64,000 nucleotides of DNA from Endomicrobiia bacterium (GTDB lineage Bacteria; Elusimicrobiota; Endomicrobiia; DTEH01). This document shows positions 58,249 through 64,000 of the stretch, piece by piece. The notes below the pieces were generated by a model, which was not told the origin of the DNA, did not search any database, and saw only the letters and a program-made list of their open reading frames with translations. The position numbers were made by a program, and so were the translations under genes. The stretch's first letter is position 1. Each line of letters opens with the position of its first letter. The stretch lies in contig JBCNUU010000001.1 in the NCBI GenBank assembly GCA_039630545.1, forward strand, positions 64,001-128,000. Direction: 5' to 3'.

Positions 58249-61200
58249 ATGAAAAGTAAAATATTAGTTTTTATAAATACAGTTTTATTTGCTTTTTTTT
58301 GTTCTGGTTATTCTAAAGATTGGTATGTGCTGGAAGATTTTGAAGGTGTAAACTACTGGTCAATAGTAAGCTGGAAAACAGCTACTAAAGCTGTAAGTAT
58401 TTCAAAAGAAATTTTCTCTGAAGGAGAAAAGGCACTTAAAGTTGATTTTGAAAATTCCGATTGGTCTGAAAAAGCACAGGTTATGATAGAGCAGTTTTTT
58501 GATTTCTCAGGAGTAGAAAAAATTTCCATGGATATTTATAATCCAAATAAAGAAACACTTCTTACTACAATGGCTTTATGTACCGGTGATAAATGGGAGT
58601 GGTATGAATCACCTGAACAAAGGTTAGTTTCTGGATGGAATAAAGAAGTCACTTTTAATTTGCGTTCTCCTAACTGGAAAGCAGAAAGAAGCGGATGGAG
58701 AAACATAATTAAAGTTGAGAACCTCAAAGATGTAAGAAGAATTACTTTAACTTTTGTTGGTGGAAGAGGTCCTGTATATATAGATAATATTAAAGTTTAT
58801 GGGGAAAAGAAAATTGATAAAATTTCACCCACAATAAAACAGATAGGTGATAAGATATTGTTTGAATCGTTTGAAGAAGATAAGACACAATGGAGTATAG
58901 CAGGATGGCGCACTCAAGCAGTGGAAGTAAAATTTAACGAAAAATGGGCTACCGATGGTAAAAAAAGTTTAGAACTTATTTTTGAAGATGTTACTGACTC
59001 TAACAAAGCATCCTACTGTATAGAGGGAGACTTCAATTGGGAGAAAGTCAACAGATTTTATATAGATGTGTTTAATCCTCTTAAAAAAAACATAAAAATA
59101 AACTTAGCTCTTTCCACAGGTGGTGGTTGGATATGGTATGAATCTCCTGACAAAGTGTTAACTCCAGGAGAAAATAAAGATATAGAATTTGACCTCAATG
59201 CGAAAAATTTTAAATGTGAAGCAACAAATTGGACTTACTCAAGTTATGTAAAACATAAGGAGAAAGTAAAAAGAATAGCAATACAGGTTATCGCGCCTCA
59301 GGGAGAGACACTTAGTGGCTCAGTAAGTATTGACAACTTAAGAATCACAGAAGGAGAACCTTTAGTGATACCTGTAGAAATAAAACCACCTAAATATCCT
59401 GAGGTAGTAAATCCTTCCAGATACAGTATACCCAAAATCAAATCGATTACTTCAAATTTAGAAATGGTGGGTCAATATGAAAAGTTTGAACTTACATTAG
59501 AAATTGATTCTTATTTTGAAAATCCATATAATCCTAATGAAGTGCTATTAACTGGGATTTTTATTTCTCCGGATGGAAAAACATATAGAGTTCCTGGATT
59601 TTATTACGAAGATTTTAGAGAAGAAACTGGTCTTTTAAAACCAACTGGTAAGAAGTACTGGAAGATTCGTTTTTCACCGAATAAAATTGGTAGCTGGGAC
59701 TATTATGTGGAATTTAAAAATCCAGCAGGAAAAATTGAAAGTAAAAGACAAAGTTTTGAGTGCGTAAGTTCAAGAAATAAAGGAATAATCGTAGTTTCTG
59801 AAAGTAAAAATTACTTTAAATTTATCACTGGAGGAACATATTTCCCTTTAGGACAGAATGTTTGCTGGGTGACAGCTTCTGATAATTGGAAATACTCTGA
59901 TTATTTGAGAAAACTTTCGGAAACAGGCCAGAACTGGACTAGACTATGGAACTGTCCGTGGGGTTTTATAATAGAATGGGGAGAACCAAGAGGACAGGGG
60001 CTTGGAAGATATAATCAAAAAGATAGTTTTGAGTTTGACAGAATAATAGAACTTGCAGAAAAATTAGGAATTTATATCCAGTTTTGTTTGGATTATCATG
60101 GAGCTTTTGATGAAGAAATAACATGGGAGCAAAATGCTTATAACTTTGTAAATGGAGGACCATGTAAAAAACCAATTGATTTCTTTAAAGATGAAACAGC
60201 AAAAGAGTATTATAAAAGGAGGTTAAGATATGTAGTAGCAAGATGGGGATATAGCTGTGCTATCATGGCGTGGGAATTTTTAAATGAAGCAGACCTAATT
60301 TCTGATTATGATGAAAATATATTAAGAGAATGGCACAAAGAGATGGCTACATACCTTAAAGAAATAGATTACAATGGCCATTTAATTACGACTTCTTTTG
60401 CAAGAGCTTTTGCCGGAGATACTATTTTTAAACTTCCTGAAATAAGCTATACACAAACACATATGTATACAGATGAGGTAATAAATGGAATCTATAGTAT
60501 CGCCATAGAAAAAAGAAACAGATACAAAAAACCTCATTTCTTTGGTGAAATAGGAGGAGCAATTACAGATGCCTCAGTTGAAGCAAAAGATAAAAAAGGT
60601 ATACTTCTGCATGATACTCTCTGGGCTTCTGTGATGAGTTTAAACTCAGGTACAGCTATGTACTGGTGGTGGGACGGTCATATAAAACCAAATAATCTTT
60701 ATTATCATTATGCTGCTGTTTCAAAGTTTTTAAAAGGTATAGATTACGATTCTAAAAACTTCTCTTTAGTAGAAGCAGAATCTATTGGAGAAGCCGACTA
60801 TACAGATTTAGTTTATTCTCCGCCATTAGATTGGGAAAAATCAATTATGTTTTCTGATATGCTTTTAATAGATAAAAGCGGTTTAGTTAAAGGGGGACTT
60901 TTATCAAGATATTTCCAGAGTCCTAAATGGCACAAAGATATGTATGTGGTTCCAACTTTTAGTGTGGAGTATCCTACAGATGGAAGTTTTTCTATTTATG
61001 TTCTTCAGTCAGCAAAAATAGGTGCTAATTTGAAAATCTATATTGATGATAAACTTATGCTTTCAGAAGAATTTCCTAAAGGAAGAAGTGATTTTAAAAT
61101 ACAAAAATCATTTTCAGTACCAGTTTCAAAAGGAAAACATATAATAAAGATAATAAATGACGGAGATGACTGGTTTAATGTTGGAAATCTTACATTTACA

Positions 61201-61500
61201 AATCTTATAAACAAATGTCAGGTAGTTGGTATAAAATCAGCTTCTGGAGATTTTATCCTTTTGTGGCTTAAAAATCCAAGATATAATGTAAAAAACTATC
61301 TTTCAGGGATTCAGCCTCCAAAAGTAAAAAATGCTAGAATCCAAATAAAAGATGTAAATGACGGAGATTATAATGTAGAGTTCTGGGATACATGGAATGG
61401 GAATATAGTTTCAAAGAAAAATTTTACAGCAACAAATAAAACATTAGTTATTCTTGTGCCGGAGTTTGACAGCGATATAGCATGTAAAATTTATAAATAA
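58249..61500 (+). CDS. Multidomain glycoside hydrolase: 2 CBM-like domains, DUF5060 and GH5-like catalytic domain
   Basis: Duplicated EDFE/ESFE...TGxxWxWYESP...IDN domains, then QYEKFEL, RYVVARWGYS, WEFLNE, FFGEIG and YWWWD. Confidence 0.78.
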   Translation: MKSKILVFINTVLFAFFCSGYSKDWYVLEDFEGVNYWSIVSWKTATKAVSISKEIFSEGEKALKVDFENSDWSEKAQVMIEQFFDFSGVEKISMDIYNPNKETLLTTMALCTGDKWEWYESPEQRLVSGWNKEVTFNLRSPNWKAERSGWRNIIKVENLKDVRRITLTFVGGRGPVYIDNIKVYGEKKIDKISPTIKQIGDKILFESFEEDKTQWSIAGWRTQAVEVKFNEKWATDGKKSLELIFEDVTDSNKASYCIEGDFNWEKVNRFYIDVFNPLKKNIKINLALSTGGGWIWYESPDKVLTPGENKDIEFDLNAKNFKCEATNWTYSSYVKHKEKVKRIAIQVIAPQGETLSGSVSIDNLRITEGEPLVIPVEIKPPKYPEVVNPSRYSIPKIKSITSNLEMVGQYEKFELTLEIDSYFENPYNPNEVLLTGIFISPDGKTYRVPGFYYEDFREETGLLKPTGKKYWKIRFSPNKIGSWDYYVEFKNPAGKIESKRQSFECVSSRNKGIIVVSESKNYFKFITGGTYFPLGQNVCWVTASDNWKYSDYLRKLSETGQNWTRLWNCPWGFIIEWGEPRGQGLGRYNQKDSFEFDRIIELAEKLGIYIQFCLDYHGAFDEEITWEQNAYNFVNGGPCKKPIDFFKDETAKEYYKRRLRYVVARWGYSCAIMAWEFLNEADLISDYDENILREWHKEMATYLKEIDYNGHLITTSFARAFAGDTIFKLPEISYTQTHMYTDEVINGIYSIAIEKRNRYKKPHFFGEIGGAITDASVEAKDKKGILLHDTLWASVMSLNSGTAMYWWWDGHIKPNNLYYHYAAVSKFLKGIDYDSKNFSLVEAESIGEADYTDLVYSPPLDWEKSIMFSDMLLIDKSGLVKGGLLSRYFQSPKWHKDMYVVPTFSVEYPTDGSFSIYVLQSAKIGANLKIYIDDKLMLSEEFPKGRSDFKIQKSFSVPVSKGKHIIKIINDGDDWFNVGNLTFTNLINKCQVVGIKSASGDFILLWLKNPRYNVKNYLSGIQPPKVKNARIQIKDVNDGDYNVEFWDTWNGNIVSKKNFTATNKTLVILVPEFDSDIACKIYK

Positions 61501-61525
61501 AACTTTAAAAAAGGAGGATAAAAAA

Positions 61526-63136
61526 ATGGACGTAACCAAAAAAATAATAAGTGTAATAGTTATATTGGTAAGTGTAACAAGCATAATGTATGCCCCTATA
61601 AGGTCTTTTGAATTTATAGGTGAAGTAAGAGCTTGGTGGTCACGTACAAACAACGCCTGGGATAAAACAGAAACTATTCTTCGTCCAGATGGTTCTGCGG
61701 AATTTGATGATGTAAATGACTTTATGTTTTCTGATACAAAATTAGGAGTAAGAGGAAGTATCTTAAGAGATGTGTTTGGAGTAATAGAAGTTGAAAAAAG
61801 AGATACTTTATGGGCAACACATAATAATTCTTTTAACGCAGAGCATTATGGGACAATCGGGGGGTATCTTGGTGATCCTAATATTCAGAATCCTACAAAC
61901 TATACTGGTTATAAAATTACGAAATCCTATATAGTATGGGATAAAATTTATGATTTGTTTTCAGTTGTTGTTGGAAGACAGTTTATTTCAGGAACAGAGT
62001 ATCCTGATCCAGAAAGAATGGATTTAGTTTTGTGTATGACAATGGATGGCTTCAGAGCTGATATTTTTTCAGAATATGGGAAAATTATGCTATTTAAGGC
62101 GAAACTAAACGAATCTACTGCTCCTCTCTATGCTCCACACGGTGGATTAGCCTGGGAGACAAAATATGAAGACAAAGATTTTGATGCTCAGGGAGTTATG
62201 GTAAAATCAGCATCTTTACTTCCAGGACATAGATTAAAAATGTACCTTTTAAATTCCATAATAAATGATCCTGCAGAAACTAATCCTGTTGGAAAAATTT
62301 TTAGTCAATACGATTTAAGGAATATTTTAGGTTTTAGAGTAGATGGAGGACTATCTTTTGGTTTGGACTACGGAGTTGAATTTGCTTATCTTTTTGGAGA
62401 GAAGTATGTTACTACTTACAGAGCACTTGATCCTGTTACATTAAATTATGTAACTAAAGATTATTATGGTTTAGCTTCAAGAAAAGCTTTTGCTTTTCAT
62501 ATTATGGCACAATACAAACGTTCAATGGGTGCACCTATTATGGAGTCGCCTACATTGCTTAAAGTATACACTAATATCCTTGGAGGTTCAGGAGATGATT
62601 CAACCACACCTGATGATGAAGGATTTATTGGTCTAAATGACGATTGGTGGACAAGAGCAAGAGGTTATGATCATCAGGGTTATGGAGAAATTTATAAAGC
62701 TAATCCCTACCAGCATAATAGATTTACTTCAGGTGATAACCCGACAGAGGTATATGATGGAAGGTATGTAGAAAAAAGTATATGTTTATATCCAGCAAGG
62801 ATAATTAATTTAGGAGCAAGATATGAATTTAGTGAAGGAGGAAAACTTCAGGGACTATATGCCGGGTTTGATTTTTATCTTTATAACCACTTAAGTCCTG
62901 ATGGAGTTATAATAACAAACGAAGATAATCAAAAAGAGCAAACGGACGATTTAGGTAAAGAAATAAATCTCCAGATTGGTTATACCTATAAATACTCTAC
63001 TTCATTCAGGTTAGTTTTAGGATGGTTTTTCCCTGGCAGAGCTTACATAAACGGAAAAGATGCTCAGACGGGCGCTGTAATTGGTGCAGATCCTGTCTCT
63101 TTAATAAAATTAGAAACAGCTGTATACTTTTATTAA
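61526..63136 (+). CDS. Outer-membrane beta-barrel (alginate-export-like), putative oligosaccharide porin
   Basis: Signal peptide, FIGEVR, VGRQ, DYGVEFAY, DLGKEINL and an aromatic C-terminus (VYFY). Confidence 0.6.
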   Translation: MDVTKKIISVIVILVSVTSIMYAPIRSFEFIGEVRAWWSRTNNAWDKTETILRPDGSAEFDDVNDFMFSDTKLGVRGSILRDVFGVIEVEKRDTLWATHNNSFNAEHYGTIGGYLGDPNIQNPTNYTGYKITKSYIVWDKIYDLFSVVVGRQFISGTEYPDPERMDLVLCMTMDGFRADIFSEYGKIMLFKAKLNESTAPLYAPHGGLAWETKYEDKDFDAQGVMVKSASLLPGHRLKMYLLNSIINDPAETNPVGKIFSQYDLRNILGFRVDGGLSFGLDYGVEFAYLFGEKYVTTYRALDPVTLNYVTKDYYGLASRKAFAFHIMAQYKRSMGAPIMESPTLLKVYTNILGGSGDDSTTPDDEGFIGLNDDWWTRARGYDHQGYGEIYKANPYQHNRFTSGDNPTEVYDGRYVEKSICLYPARIINLGARYEFSEGGKLQGLYAGFDFYLYNHLSPDGVIITNEDNQKEQTDDLGKEINLQIGYTYKYSTSFRLVLGWFFPGRAYINGKDAQTGAVIGADPVSLIKLETAVYFY

Positions 63137-63162
63137 AATTGTGTTGATTAAAGGAGGAGTTT

Positions 63163-64000
63163 ATGAAAAAACTATTTAGGCTGTTTTTTATTTTTCCATT
63201 GATATTGAGTTGTGCCAAAAAAGAACAAAAAAATGTTTTGACATTGTGGCATGTTGGTTCTGAAGAAGAAGCACAAATTATAAAAAATCTTGCTGATAAA
63301 TACTTCACACCAGAAAGTGGTATTTCTGTTGTGTGTGAGTCTGTTTCCTGGTCTGAAGCACATACAAAATATCTTACTGCCATAGCAGGAGAAGTTTTGC
63401 CTGATTTAGGAACCATGGGTTTAACCTGGGCTTCTGAATTCGGGTATAAAGGAGCAATGGTAGAACTATATGAGAGATTTCCTGCTGATGTAGAAACTCT
63501 AAAGAAAAACATATTTAAATCTATCTGGGAGTCTGCAGAACTAAAAGGTAAAGTTTATGGTATCCCTTTTGATTTAACAGTTCAACTTTTATACTATCGC
63601 TCTGATATAATTTCTAAGCCACCTCAGACATGGCAGCAGCTGACGGAAGTTTTAAAAAATCTTAATGCTCAAAATAAATCTATGATGATAGCCTGGGGTT
63701 CGCTTGATTGGATTGGTTTTTCTCCATTTTTGTGGCAGGCTGGTGGAGATTATTATAATAAGGAGGGAACAAAAAGTATAATAAACAGTGAAGAAGCAAA
63801 AACAGCTTTAAAGTTTTTTGCAGATTTATATAAAAAATATAATGTTCCACGTTCAGCAGAGAACTTCGGTGCAGGATTTCGATCAGGTGAGTATCCATTA
63901 GGAATGTGTGGTAACTGGTTAATAAATAGTTTTCCATATGAGATGCCAGAGCTTGAAGGAAAATGGTCTATAGGACTTCTGCCAAAAGGGCCTTCCGGAA
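63163..64000 (+). CDS. Sugar ABC transporter substrate-binding lipoprotein (partial, runs off the window)
   Basis: Not in the ORF track. GGAGG RBS, then MKKLFRLFFIFPLILSC lipobox, LTLWH, SWSEAHTKYLTAIAG..PD, VYGIPF, LLYYRSD and PPQTW. Confidence 0.88.
   Translation, partial: MKKLFRLFFIFPLILSCAKKEQKNVLTLWHVGSEEEAQIIKNLADKYFTPESGISVVCESVSWSEAHTKYLTAIAGEVLPDLGTMGLTWASEFGYKGAMVELYERFPADVETLKKNIFKSIWESAELKGKVYGIPFDLTVQLLYYRSDIISKPPQTWQQLTEVLKNLNAQNKSMMIAWGSLDWIGFSPFLWQAGGDYYNKEGTKSIINSEEAKTALKFFADLYKKYNVPRSAENFGAGFRSGEYPLGMCGNWLINSFPYEMPELEGKWSIGLLPKGPSG

Noticed and set aside
63843..63858. parS-like sequence TGTTCCACGTTCAGCA
   Set aside because: Three mismatches to TGTTCCACGTGGAACA, all in one half-site; inside a CDS and not repeated. 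No convincing parS was seen near parAB.

Overview
This is an AT-rich, gene-dense bacterial chromosomal segment from a diderm organism (secretin, LptD-like protein, ADP-heptose kinase, Wzm/Wzt). Gene content suggests Elusimicrobiota or a similar lineage, but this is inference only. 1-12 kb: pilP-pilQ, an O-antigen-ligase/TPR protein, a DPM-like GT2, a ROK kinase, an LptD-like protein and a GldAFG-type ABC system. 12-20 kb: leuA-leuC-(rluA, hypothetical)-leuD, a tandem SpoVG-like protein and mfd. 20-26 kb: a minus-strand rex-PAC2-GDT1-parA-parB-hypothetical-rhomboid-Mth938 run. 26-36 kb: beta-barrel, HNH, SPFH, aldolase, spoIID-queA-HD-tgt, HEAT, rfaE1. 36-45.5 kb: a surface polysaccharide locus containing a methyltransferase pseudogene missed by the ORF track. 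From about 48 kb to the window end lies the most unusual region, a probable beta-mannan utilisation locus with no SusC/SusD in the visible part. It encodes two repeat-stalked CBM lipoproteins, a PorV-like barrel, a GH5_8 mannanase and a DUF5060 hydrolase that both end in T9SS/FlgD-like C-terminal domains, a TMTC-like O-mannosyltransferase, a second DUF5060 hydrolase, an outer-membrane barrel and an ABC sugar-binding lipoprotein. An intergenic hairpin pair in this locus offers a possible alternative anti-Shine-Dalgarno pairing. No rRNA, tRNA, CRISPR array or mobile element was recognised.
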